DNA of 64,000 bases, taken from positions 14,810,861 through 14,874,860 of the forward strand of contig OZ316892.1 in the NCBI GenBank assembly GCA_973895155.1, in the 5' to 3' direction. The translations under genes were made by a program, and so were the position numbers. Within the stretch, counting starts at the first letter, position 1. The number at the start of each line of letters is the position of its first letter. Source of the DNA: Marsupella aquatica (Eukaryota > Plantae > Marchantiophyta). The notes under the pieces are model-generated. The model made no database searches, was not told the DNA's origin, and worked only from the letters and a program-made list of their open reading frames with translations. Below are positions 24,811 through 37,265 of this stretch, in pieces.

Positions 24811-27800
24811 ATTTTCTCTTGTTTTGTTCGAAAAAGCCCTCAATACCAGGGGGTAGAAACCACTTGAGCACGAGGGAACACAAACATCACAAGGCCCATG
24901 GAGAGGGGCGTGTCAGTAGACAGCTTTCGCAAGGCTTTTTCCATTATGCTAGTAGCCTCCTAAACAGTCCTCAATGGGCTATTCATGATCCAGGCCATTG
25001 ATTGTTTTGTTTTTATTCACCTGCAGCATTTATTTGTTTAATATAAGGGCCGGTGTGATCAGTGCTTTTGGCATGGGAAAAGGGTTTTGTGTGCAATGTA
25101 TGTACAATACAATTTCTAAACTGTCACCTATTGTAAAATGTTGTATGGCCCAGCCCTGGATGCCTTTTGGGATGACTTAGTATACATTCAACAATACCAA
25201 TATATGCTTGAAATTCCCAGATGCCACTGATTCGGAAAAGATTGTAGAGGTATGACTGTGCAACTGGCACTAGAATTGGGGGTGGGGGGCATAAGACACA
25301 TTGATTGAATTGGTTATGGCCTAACAATCATAATGCAATTTACTGACCCATGTAATTGATTGTGCATGAATTTACAAACACAGCCTGATTGCCCATTCTT
25401 TGAATCATCATTTATGCTCATCTATTTTGAGATTCATAATATCCCATCCTTTTTTCCATGGACATCAATTTGGTGGGGCAGTAAGGGTTATGGTCTAGAG
25501 GCTTCAATCTAGAGGCCTAGACCCCAAATCTAGGTTATATTTGCGATTTAGTAGTAAGATTCCAAATATGAACCCTATTCAACTTGCAATATTTCCCATC
25601 CCCAACTTCTAATAAATTGTCACTGTCCCTGACCCTCTGGAAGGACCAAAAAATGCAGTTCTTCTATACTAGAAACTTTATTGAGTAACTATGGTAACCT
25701 GGATTCACTGGGTTTTGCTTTGGGGACGGTGGCGGTTACAAAAGGTGAAGCCATTAAGGCCTATGTGAGAGCAAAGACCAAGGAGCCTCAGTCAACCACG
25801 TTGTCCCCATTCCCTGAACGTAAAAGTCCACCAGACAAAGGATGACACCGTGCCCAAAGGTTGGCATAACATTGGCCTATTTTATTGAGTTCCAACAACA
25901 ACCACTCCCCAATGAAAAGGACTTTCAAACTCAATATTTCATTTGCAAATATACACACCTACCACCTTGATTTGCTGTCTTCATACACAAAAGGGACTCG
26001 AGGCATTCACTTGTCATACTCATGATTTGACACAATTCAATGTTCAGAGAGGCCTTCTTTCACAACTTTAAATTGGTCATTCACTAAGGATGTTTCAGTT
26101 CACTACCTCCTGTCGGCTGCAGCCACTACTATAGCTAAACAGTGGATTTTTTTCTCCAAAAATTTATGGACACTCAATACGCTCACATCTTGGACTACAT
26201 CAAAATGTTCGAATACAACCCCCCTGCTTGCCGAACGGGTTGCCGAATCACATCAAAACATGTAAACTTCCAGGCTCTAACTCTAGTTGAATGAAACCTA
26301 TTGCAAGCTGTTTTCCGCCCAAACAATTAGGCCACAAAAATTCCCCCAGTGACATTAACCCCCCCCCCCCCCCCCACAACCCAAAAACCAAACAAAAAAA
26401 CTTTCCCAAAAGCATCTGCACCACCTAGTTCTAAGCAACTTTCAATACTAACTGATATCGGCTAAAACCTCCCCCAGTGAATGCCCAAACTTCCCTGTTT
26501 TATACTGGTTGATGTTTTGGTCAAACAGCTTTATTATGGCAATTACAGATCCTAAACTTTCTCCCCTCTGGCCCCCCCCCCCCCCACACACACCATGCCC
26601 TCCATTGCAAAGTGGATAATCATTTGCAATAAGGAAAAGTGCTTTACTTGTCTGCCATTTTAGTTTCAAGTTTTGGTGGGGAAGTGAGCAATGAATCAAG
26701 TTTGTTTCTCTCCGGGGCCTCAATCTAAGAGGTGTCCCATATCACGCACAAAGTTTTAGAGGAACAAACACCTTAAAACTAAGTAAATAAAGTGTTTTTA
26801 AGGAATATGCAAGGGAATTTGTTTACCCCTAACTTTTGGTTTAAAAAATCCTGTGATTCTTATAATTCTCAAAACTAAAAGTATTTCACAGGACTCAAAT
26901 CCTGTGACGCAAACAAAATTTAAAAGTATTTCACTAAATACAATAAAAAAATATTATACTTATTTGCGTGTGATGGGTCCGAACAAAAGAAATGAGGACC
27001 CTTGGGTTTTTTTGGACACTTTGTTTTTAATTTGTAAAAAGTGAATTAATTTTAAGTTTTGAAGCAGAGTTGACAAAGTGTTGGTGTAAAGTGGGAGAAG
27101 AGTTAGTAGGAGTGAGGAATTTGTGGAGGAAGGGTTTGCAACAAGTAGAAAGCAAGAATGCACACTAGAGGACTTAGATTTTCAATTTTGAAATCTTAGT
27201 AGTCTCTAACTTTGTTTAGAAATAATGGTACTTAGGGGGGCTTTACATGAAAAGGAGGTCAGGTTCCTTATTCTCTTTTGTCCTGAGATTAAAATAGCTA
27301 TAGATATTCTACAAGGGCCCAATTGCACTTCGCAAGAGCCCACAGTAGGAATGGGGGTACACCAATCCATCATGGTGGGGCCCATTCAAGTCTTGCATGT
27401 TAGGGCCATTTATTCGTTTGTACAACCTCTTGAGGCGGTCTGTTTTTGCAGTTTGCTTGTCTGACCTATTTGACCTGGTATAGAAAAGACATCAAACAGA
27501 TATAAATTCACACTAATCAAACATCCTATATATTTCAAAAAGACCATTTGATAGAAATTTATATAAAATTTACATTAATGCAGTCGACATCCAATATACA
27601 TGAATAAGACCCAGATTGATTTTGGTGATGATTAGGCTAATCTAGCTCACCCAGTTTCCAGTACAGATATTCTTAGAGCGTAGTTCCATGTGTATTAGCT
27701 TCGATCCTAATTCTACCAGAAGAAATCTAGAGACTAAGAAATTTAACTTTAACATCCAAAAATGAAATCATGTTCTGTACATTCTCGGCTTGCCTGTCTT

Positions 27801-28778
27801 CATTAGTTACAGGTTTGGGTTATGACCATAACCATGAATATCTCTCATCAGTGGCCTGAATACCTATGCTGATGGACAGGAAGGGTTCCCCTTCTCCCAT
27901 ATTCCCCCATTCTTGTCCTACTCACAAGCACAATCTCGATATCAAAAAAATAGATAGCAGGCCTATGGCTTCACTAGTTGGAGTATAGGCTTAGGCTAGA
28001 TATAAAAAAATTGTTATCAGGCCTATGGCTTCATTCTTCGGTGTAATTTCTGGGCAACAAGACTTCAGTCGCATGTCATAGCATACATACCGATAAAGAT
28101 GAGTTTCGTGATTTTGTTCCAACTTCTGACCCATCTATAGGGCAATTGTTACACAGACAAAATCTGGGCAATTATTACACAGACATTCGATGTTGGCTCA
28201 TGAATAGCATACACAGATAAGAAAAGAGCGCATGGGACAAGAATGCTCGACAATGTGGTCTCCGTGGCAAATCCCACTCGGTGCAGACAACTCAAGGCAC
28301 CTGACATATTTACAAAAGTTATCCTCATTAACTCTTGGCGTTGGCCCACTCTCGTATACATCCGTGCACTCTTGAGGTTCAGTACGAGGTAGCTGCAAGA
28401 TAAGTTTGGATCTAACATGATGCAAAACCTTATACAAAAGTAATTGCAAAACCAGTCCTACAGACTTAAGAATGAAATCACCATTGAACCTAGATTTGAG
28501 TTCCCAAGACAATATAATCCAATGCCTAGACGCCCAAGAGAGGCACACAGACTGCTCCAGCACCCCAAGCTGGCGACCAACATATGAATCGCGTAATAAC
28601 TCAACACCTGAGGCAGGGTCCCCCAAATCTAATGGAGTCTCAGATGTGTATAAGGACAAACAATTCAGAATTTGGCAGCATCAGAGCTCTCCCGGAAGCA
28701 TGACCATCGCAAAATGTAATCAGTCTCGATTGCCCTACGTGACGGCTCGAAAGCTTACTGACAATGGGGACAGCATAC

Positions 28779-31514
28779 TTAGCATGCTCCAATCAACAGG
28801 TTAGGGACAAGGACACGCATTCTGAGAGCTTCGAGGCACAGAGTCTCTGTTCTGTTGGAGGGGAATTGCTTCGCCGAGGTATCCTCTTCACAACCAGGGA
28901 GCTGCCCGAGGTTGGAAATAACTAGTGGGTGATTCGAGCGAATGGCGTGTTCGGTTGCATTGTCCAAGACCTTTCGCAGCCGTTCCAGGGACATCACACT
29001 CTGAGATACAGGGGTTACTGGAGAGTCAGTTGCAGAGGATCCTCCAGCGGAAGCAAAATTCCGCTCGGAATGCTCGATAGCGACGCCCTCCTCTTCGGAT
29101 AAGTATCCATCCGGCACAACAAACTCGTCTGGACCGTCTTCATCATCCTCAATCTCCTCGATTTCACCCTTCTCATCTTCCTCATCTTTCTCCGCGTCAG
29201 AGAGGCTCTCCCCAGGATCCTCTTCCTCCCACTCTTCGTCACTGTCCACCTCATAGTCAAGAGCTGGGTCCTGCTTCAAAGGGTGCCGAGGTTTAATGTA
29301 CTCACTTTTTTTGGAGAATGTTCCATAGTAAGGAGGCCGGTGACCTTTGTCAAATTGGAGCAATTTTCGCTTCTTGTTGCGTAATTGATGATACCTACTG
29401 GTGGCAGACTTCTTCCCATCCTCAAGCGGTGAAGTGGGGCTTAAACACTCGACCACATTCTCCTTCCAATCTCCGTCCAATCCGGGACTATCGAATTCTT
29501 CCCGCATACGTTTGAGATTACTCACAGGACTGGAATTGGAATTGGCAGCCCCTTTCCTCACCTGTCCATCATCGTGGCTGTTCCCCCTTGAGTCACCAAC
29601 AGTTCCAGTCAACCGAAGCTCCCTGTAGACAAAAGCCTTAGGTTTGCGCCGAACACCCCACCTTTGGTATGTTCGTGAGGCAGACTGAGTCCTAATTCTA
29701 AGCCAATTGTGGACATGCGACCGTAGCAGCTCTTCGGAACCTATCGGGACATCACAACCTTTCAGCTCCTCGTCCATGCGGGCGACAACTACGACAGTCT
29801 GTGACTGTCCGCTTGGGGTCGCAAATTCACGTTTCTGCAACTCCGCAACGGGAGATGCGGACAATACAATTTGAGGTTGGGCTTGCTCTTGAGTTTGGCC
29901 ACAACCTGCTTGTTGGCTTTTTGCTGAGTCCTTGAGAGGGTCCTTTCTGACGAGGAATTTGTCCATGAAGCTAGCTTGTTTCTTCAATGCCAGCTGCTTC
30001 TTCCGTTCAGCCTCACGTTTCTGCTCCTTCTCGGCCTCATCTTGCAGTTTCCTCTCCTGCTTTTTCCGTTCTACTTCTTCCTTCTCCTTCCGCTTCTGCT
30101 CCTTCTCTGCCTCGTCTTGCTGCTTTAGCTGCTGCTTCTTCCTGTCTGCTTCCTCTTTCTCCTTGCGTTTTTGCTCTTTCTCGCTCTCCATCTGTTCCCG
30201 CTTCAGCACCTTCTCCTGCCGGATTCTCTCTTTCTCCTCTGGATCGGACTTTCGCCTTCTATTACTCAGAGCTTCCTGAATGGATCGATTCAGATTCGAT
30301 GGGGACAGAAGAAGGTCAAGGAATCACCAATGTCTGAAGATTTCCCTTGAACCAAAATAGCAAGGAAGACCAGGAGGGTTCTCACGGAGTAGGCTAACCA
30401 GAAGATCAAACCCTCACATAATCTAGGCGTCCCAAAGCGTTGAGAACCAGATTTCTTATGTAGATAACTCGACAGAAGATAAACTACCCTCAACGGGACT
30501 AGGTGAATGTTGTAATAACCAAGTAATTTCTAATCTGTTCGAGCAAATAATTCCTAGACAGATCGCTATTAGAAAGATTGCAATGGTTGTCTGTGTAGTC
30601 AAACTGACTTTTCATCTGTCAAAAAGAAATTGTCACGCAGATTGCTGTCATTCTCTGCAACGGGTGAATAAAATCTGATGAAATCCTAGTCTCAGGATAG
30701 AAAAGTGCATTCATCGCAGAAATATTTCTCCTACCTGAGTAAGGTTGTTGGGTTGTTCCCCGAGCGGATTCGAATTCGTTGCAGGAGAGACTCCAAAACA
30801 TTTTTTCTCTGGCCACATGACCTTAGAAGCACGAATGGCGGATTCGTCATCTACTTTGACCAGAGCTTCCCGTTGTGCTTGCAGGCACGCGGCTCGTTGT
30901 TCAATCTCGCCCTGCCCCGCTGCTAGAGAAGCGGAACGGAGAGCATTAAGCGTGGCAGAGACAGCAGTGATTCTCTCCCCAATCTTCTTCCTGCACCGTC
31001 GCCGATCCAAAATCTCGTCGCGGAAGACTTTGGATAGCAATTTCACGTCCCTGACCTCCCAGCACCAGAGGCTCCCAGGAGTGTCATCCTCTAGGACATC
31101 TGCATCCGGCCAAGTGACTCCAAAACTGAGGCGCTCTCCAAGAGAAAGGACACTGCTCTTCACTGATGCCATGGTGACAGCGCCATTCTTACTCTGATCC
31201 TGATCATTCTCATCGTTCAACCTCTCGAAGATGTCCTTCACTACAGCAGAGAATGGAAGCCGACTGCCTTCTAAGAACTTAGCAATTTTCTTGCGCTGGA
31301 TGTTACCCGGGGTTTCCCTGTCTTTCCGGTACCGCACCACCACTTGCAATGCCTCCTCCTCGTTAAAGAACCTGACCAGGGAATCGATTTCTTCCTCATA
31401 CTGCTCCTTCCCCGGACCAGGAACTGGATGATCGACAGTTTCAGCTGCCATTGGAGACGAATGAACCTCTCCTTCGGGAACGCCTTCCGCCAGGGCCACC
31501 ATCGCCACATCCAT
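28779..31514 (-). CDS. FAS1: Chromatin assembly factor 1 large subunit (CAF-1 p150 / FASCIATA1)
   Basis: Two exons: 31514-30735 (alternative donor at 30822) and 30275-28779. Plant N-terminal block ADVLEDD..LWCWE; KER coiled-coil repeats; PIP-like QASFMDKFL; KLLQFDKGHRPPYYGTFSKKS, LDYEVDSDEEWEEEDPGESLSD and FVVPDGYLSEEEG. Confidence 0.93.
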
Positions 31515-31742
31515 ATCCCACCTGCGTCGGGACTGCTCCCCCGCTTCCTCCTGCAGAATGATGGTGAAATCGAATTGGGTGGAAATCCCGCCCGAGGAAC
31601 AGAGCGGAGTCGAATTGAGTCGAAATCCGGCGCGAGAAACAGAGAGGAGGGGAGGGGAGAGCGGGAGTCATCGACTGTATTGCTGAATTATCGGCTAAGT
31701 AATAGTCTGTAATAAATAGGATTAGGGTGCTAATAAGACGGT

Positions 31743-31772
31743 ACCGTTGGCGTACCGTTGGCCTACCGTCGG
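31743..31772 (-). promoter_or_regulatory. Candidate MSA/MYB-type elements (CCAACGG x2 plus one variant, 11-bp spacing) upstream of FAS1
   Basis: CCGTTGG at 31744 and 31755 and CCGTCGG at 31766, about 230-260 bp upstream of the ATG. Motif match only. Confidence 0.35.
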
Positions 31773-31932
31773 TCGTTGTTTCTAATACTTTGTGCACTAC
31801 CGTCAGTCGTTGGTGCCTTGCAAAGTAGTGTCCATAGAGACGCATGTTGAGTGTGAGTCTTCTCGAGCATACATGAGATGGTCAGGTAGCTGGCAATGTG
31901 GCTAATTGGCAAGTAGGTTTGGCAATTGAGCT

Positions 31933-32160
31933 GGAGAGTGCAAGCTGCGCGGAGAGTGACCTCGCCTAGTCAGCCTGGCAATTGGAATTGAAGGAGAGTG
32001 CAAGTTACACGCAAGTGACGGATTGGGTGTGAAAGTGGAATCCAAGGAGAGTGTGAGCTTGGAGAGTGCGAGCTGCGGGGAGAGTGACCTTGCCAAGTCA
32101 GTTTGGCAATTGGAATTGAAGGAGACTGCAAGTTGCACGCAAGTGACAGATAGGGTGTGA
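31933..32160. repeat. ~100-bp duplication (~129-bp period)
   Basis: GGAGAGTGC(A/G)AGCTGCG..GGCAATTGGAATTGAAGGAGA..CACGCAAGTGAC..GGGTGTGA at 31933-32031 and 32062-32160. Confidence 0.85.
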
Positions 32161-33506
32161 GTGGTGCACAGTCGCACCTTGATGTGCCACAAGCAAATAG
32201 CCAGGGAAACTTCCTACCAATATGACATTGAGGTAAATATAGACCATGAGAAAGAAAGAGAGAGGGATTGCATTTGAGAATATTGAGATTGTCAAAGAAC
32301 AAAATGTGTCAAACTGGGAAATATGATCCCAATGGCAAGAGACCCAATAATAGTAAGACCACAAGGGGAAAACCCAAAAAGACCAAAGACCCAAAAAGCC
32401 CAAGATTACTACAACGCCAAAAGAACTAAAGGGGCTACTTGTACCAGCCAAATATCCTTGCATTGTACAGTATTGTCAATAGTAATTGATGTTGAACAGA
32501 AGTGTTATCAAGCATAAGTGAAATGTCAGGGCACTCAGACATTGAGGGGAGCTGGCAAAGTGGTCTCCAGGGTTTGAAGGAGTGTGCAAGTGGCAAAGAG
32601 AGTGTCAGGTTGGACGTGGAAATGACTCTCAGTGACACCTTTAGGTCCATCTCATGGTTAGGACCAGAAAAATGTCACCCTAGTTGAACAGCTAGCTAGG
32701 GTGGCTTCCTGGCAGAATAGCCTTTCATACACATACCATGAGAAGAAAATAGTGTAAATTAGATGAGCATCAGGATACAAGGGTGTGTCAAAGAAGCTTC
32801 TGACACCTGACTATAGAGTCACTCAAAATACTTTCAGACAAGACATAGGCTGAAAGCCTGCACATCACCCTAGCCTTGCCTCACAAGAGTAATCCCTACA
32901 GCTCACAGGAGTTTTCAGGAGTCAAAGTACTTTCAGTCAATGCAAGCACCCTTTTGCAAACCAAGGCCCACCCAGCCTTGATAGTGGGACAAAAAAAGTT
33001 TGATCCCTTCTTCACCTGTCTGCTTGCATGATCTCTTTACATCAAAAAAGGCTTGCTTGTGAAAGTTTTGTTTGAGCTTAACATTAACACCCCCTGCTAT
33101 ACATCTAAAAATGGATAGGGATTGTTTTTTGTTTCTTGAACAAAGTGGCTGTATGTTTTACTCACAAGAGGGAGAAAACCTTAGTAGAGCAAAAAGAGGT
33201 AGCCTGAACCTAGTGAACGAAGCAGCCCACAATTCATCTTGAGGGGTAGTAAGAGTATCCTTTGCCAGTTTTTGGACTCAGTGTTTGCCATTGGCAAAAG
33301 TATAGGTAGAAATTGTAGGTCAGCCTCAAACCAACATGATTCACCGGCCTGAAGGGAAGTTTGCAATTGCACCAGCACAATCGGATCACACATGTAGGTC
33401 AAGCCCAACGCACCTTCAGTTGCACTCAAGGAATCGACGTTACATACAAGGAGCTCTCAGCCACCATAGCCACAATCCAAGCTCCACTCTCTAAGGCTCA
33501 ACATCA

Positions 33507-33829
33507 TGTGGGGAGAAATCAGATCAGGAAAAACACTCCAAACATACACGTGCTCAATAGTTACGTGGTTCGTCTCAAGGTTGGCTACATCCACAGGAAG
33601 ACCAAGCTTTATTAACGGTTATGTGTCTACTCAAGCATCACCATAGCTCTCATCTCTTCAAGCTCTCATCTCTCGCTGTATCACTGTGTTCTCTCTTGAG
33701 AACTCTCTTGTGTGTTCTCACACCACATAGAAGTTGAAGAGATAAGGACCAACTCTTCAACTAGGGTTTACTCTAACCCTAGTTAACATACTAACCATAG
33801 TTCAACCCAAGACTGAGTTAACCTCTACA
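33507..33829 (-). repeat. 3' LTR (323 bp)
   Basis: Near-identical to 36959-37265, with an extra 16-bp internal duplication (CTCTCATCTCTTCAAG). Confidence 0.95.
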
Positions 33830-34023
33830 AACTCCCCCTTGACTCACATCTTGGGAGGGTTCATAACATTGTCTTTTCCTTACAAGTTCCTCCGCGGGAA
33901 GTTCAAGACAGTAGGGCCAAAAGACCCTCCCCCTAATGCAAGGGTTAACTAGAACTAAGCCGTAGCCGATAAGCCATCGGATGGAGTACTCATATAGAGA
34001 CATTTTCTTGGTTAACTCTATAT

Positions 34024-34912
34024 TTACAATATTTGTAAATAATTACAATGCCTTGAAAAACTATTGGAGTCTAATACTTTGGTAAAAGCATCCGCTGGAT
34101 TAAGCTTTCCATCAATCTTGACAAGCTCAAATTCATCATTCGATAATGCCTGTCGGATGAAATGATAGCGGACATCAATGTGCTTTACCCTGCCATCCAT
34201 CACCTGATTCTTGGCAGTGTAAATTGCACTTTGACTGTCACAATGAAGATATACACACTCCTGTGATAAACCCATTTTTGTGACAAGCTTTTTCAACCAA
34301 ATGGTCTTTGATGTTGCTTCTGCTGCTGCTACATACTTGGCATCCATAGTAGACTTTGCAACACACTTTTGGAGAGTAGACTTCCAACTAATGCATCCAC
34401 CAGCAAGTGTAAATACATATTCAGTTGTCGATCTCCTTTTATCCAGATCACCTGTGTAGTCTGCATCCACATAACCTTGAAGCACTTTCATATTGTTTGA
34501 ACTTGCACCAAACAATAAACCCTTCTTAGTGGAATCTCTGATGTAGCACAAAATCCATTTCACTGCTTTCCAATGAACTTTTTCTGGATTTGCCATGTAT
34601 CTGCTTACCTTGCTAACGGCATAAGCTATGTTTGGTCGGGTGTATACCATGAGATACATTAAACTACCCACAGCACTTTCATAAGGAACTTTGGACATCA
34701 AACTTTTTTCTGTCGCATCCGATGGACAAAATGTTGCAGAAATATTGAAATGCCTTGCCAAAGGAACACTCACAGCCTTAGCATCTGCCATGTTGAATTT
34801 TGAGAGTACCTTCTCTGCATATCTTTTCTGCGACAGCCAAAGTTTGGCTTTGTTAACATCCCTGACAATCTTCATGCCTAGGATCCTCTTGGCTGTGCCC
34901 AAATCCTTCTTG
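34024..34912 (-). pseudogene. Copia reverse transcriptase C-terminus and RNase H fragment
   Basis: KDLGTAKRILGMKI, PYESAVGSLMYLM..TRPNIAYAV, GYVDADY, CDSQSAI, KHIDVRYHFIR, NPADAFTK. Confidence 0.9.
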
Positions 34913-35828
34913 GGCTGAAGAACCGACAACTTCCTTGAATGTGTCTTTGACGCGACAATCCTTCTTCATGTGGCCCACTTTGTCACACTTCCAACACTTT
35001 ATCTCACGAGTAGACTTGGATGGTGATTTCGATCGAGATCTAGATCTGGATCTAAACCTCCTCCTACCAAAAGATCGGTCGTGGAACCTTCCTCGCTCCA
35101 TGGGAAGTGGGTTAAACCTTTTGTTTTCATGAGATGGCTCCCCTTGATTTGCCTCTTTCTACCAGCAGTGCTATTGATGATGAGGTTGAGGTAGGATGAG
35201 CTGAAGAAACCAGCTTAGACTGCATGTCATCGGTCAACAGGGCACTCACCACATCATTGTAGGATATAGTTGTCTTATCACGGAATAGAAGAACTCGAGA
35301 CAAAGATTGGTACGAAGGTGGTATTGAGCTCAAGAGTTGTAAGGCTTTCTTTTCTTCGCTCAAATGCTCCCTCAAATTCTCTAGGTCAACCACAAGATCA
35401 TTGAACTGATCGATATGATCTTGAATCTTGACTCCATCAGCCATTTTGAAGTGCATGAGCTTCAGGCTTACATACTTTCGGTTTGACATCTCCTTCTTGT
35501 AGTACTTGTTACGCAATGCTTGAAACAAGTCCGTCACCGTTTGTGTTGCATTTTCCTTGAACTGCTTCTTCACATTGTTTTTCAGGTACATGCCAACAAT
35601 ACTTACCGCTTGATCCTGGAGATCATGCCAATCATCATCTTCCATCTTCTTAGGTTGAGATCTTAGTACCTTGCCTAGGCCCATCGCCCTAAGTGCATCC
35701 CTCACGTTACGTTCCCACATTGTATAGTCCATCCGACCATCAAATTTTTCCACCTCAAACCTTTGACCTCCAATCCTAGTAGTCGCCATCGTTGGAATGC
35801 CAAATGTAGTGTGGAGTCGCCTTCCCAC
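34913..35828 (-). pseudogene. Copia gag with CCHC zinc knuckle, frameshifted
   Basis: EVEKFDGRMDYTMW, IDQFNDLVVDLENL, LLSSIPPSY, CWKCDKVGHMKKDC. One extra G in the G-run at about 35140-35143 (minus strand) shifts the frame. Confidence 0.88.
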
Positions 35829-36958
35829 AAGAAATAAACGTCGAATGCTCAGATGTGGGGTGTGAAAATAAGGCCAAAAATGAAAGTTGGTGAATTTTGA
35901 AACTGATCACTCCTATGTGTAGCCCACAAGGTAACGCTCCGAATTCTGAAAACGGTTTGTCAAATGGACTCTCGAGTGCCGAGAATTTTTACTCCGATCG
36001 GAGGGGGGTAAAAGATGAAATAATTACCCCTCGAGGGAATCTCTTATGCCAAAGATTCCACTAGTGTACTTTTTCAGAATCGAACGCACCAATACTTGCC
36101 TAGCTTCCCCAAGTACGTCTCTCCAAAAGTTGAAGTTGATCCGATTTTATTTGCCGCTCGGAATCTTTGACTTTTGGTAAAACTTTAAGCCTCTGGAAAA
36201 GAATCTTTTCGGGAAATTCCGTCTGCCCTTGTACAGCCCCTGTGGGGGACTTCACAGGGGGCACTTCCCCCTGCCCGAGCCCTGTCGAGCCCTAGAAAGG
36301 CCTCCTCGAACTTTTTGACCTCCTCGCGCGCCCGCGCAAGTCGCGACTACTCGCGGCAGAAAATACCCCTCGGCGGATTCACTCAAATTCCCGTCTCTGT
36401 TTTTGACTAAATCCAATTCTGATTTTAGATTCAGAAACTAGACTTCGAGGGCATCAAGATCGATATAAAGAACTCGCGAAACGGTGGAGTAATGAGGGAG
36501 AAACAATTCGGTGAAAGTGACTGATATTAAGTTATCCGCCATAGCCAAAATTTTGAACTCAAAAAACGAGAATTGAAATTAAGATTGCTTCTCAACCATT
36601 TGACGGAATTCAATGATGTTGATATCGAAACGTCTAGAAAGACAAGGCGCTCAAGCGTATCTCAGTTTCAAGTCCCGATAGAACAATCAAAAAGACTGAT
36701 CTGAGAAATTGACCTTATCTCTTGCCCGATAACGTAAATTGAAACCGTCACTTACAATTGTTTCCGTTTCTGACCTCAGGCCTTCATTGCTTCACTGAAA
36801 TGAGCCCCTGGTTGTGTGCTCCACACTTGTGAGAAGATTGAGTCCAATCTTCTTTCAATAGCTTCGCTTCGAAGAGGAAATCATCTGCTGTTCGCTTTGC
36901 TTGAAGCAAGTTCTATGGAGTTCCTAATCGACTGAAAAATCTGAGCTCTGATACCAAT

Positions 36959-37265
36959 TGTGGGGAGAAATCAGATCAGGAAAAACGCTCCAAACATATA
37001 CGTGCTCAATAGTTACGTGGTTCGCCTCAAGGTTGGCTACGTCCACGGGAAGACCAAGCTTTATTGACGGTTATGTGTCTACTCAAGCATCACCATAGCT
37101 CTCATCTCTTGCTGTATCACTGTGTTCTCTCTTGAGAACTCTCTTGTGTGTTCTCACACCACATAGAAGTTGAAGAGATAAGGACCAACTCTTCAACTAG
37201 GGTTTACTCTAACCCTAGTTAACATACTAACCATAGTTCAACCCAAGACTGAGTTAACCTCTACA
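36959..37265 (-). repeat. 5' LTR (307 bp)
   Basis: Adjacent to the PBS and matches 33507-33829. Confidence 0.95.

Larger units (their letters stand above)
33507..37265 (-). mobile_element. Ty1/Copia LTR retrotransposon, internally deleted (non-autonomous)
   Basis: LTRs at 36959-37265 (5') and 33507-33829 (3') with TG...CA ends. 5-bp TSD CATCA at 33502-33506 and 37266-37270. tRNA-iMet PBS TGGTATCAGAGC at 36945-36956. Polypurine tract AAGGGGGAG next to the 3' LTR. Contains gag, a zinc knuckle and RT-C/RNase H. Confidence 0.96.

Noticed and set aside
24830-27480. Possible decayed transposon with poly-C tracts
   Set aside because: No convincing TIR, TSD or transposase motif.
29932-31845. Antisense and alternative-frame ORFs over FAS1 (likewise over the CLC and PPR exons)
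   Set aside because: These are shadows of real coding exons and low-complexity KER repeats.
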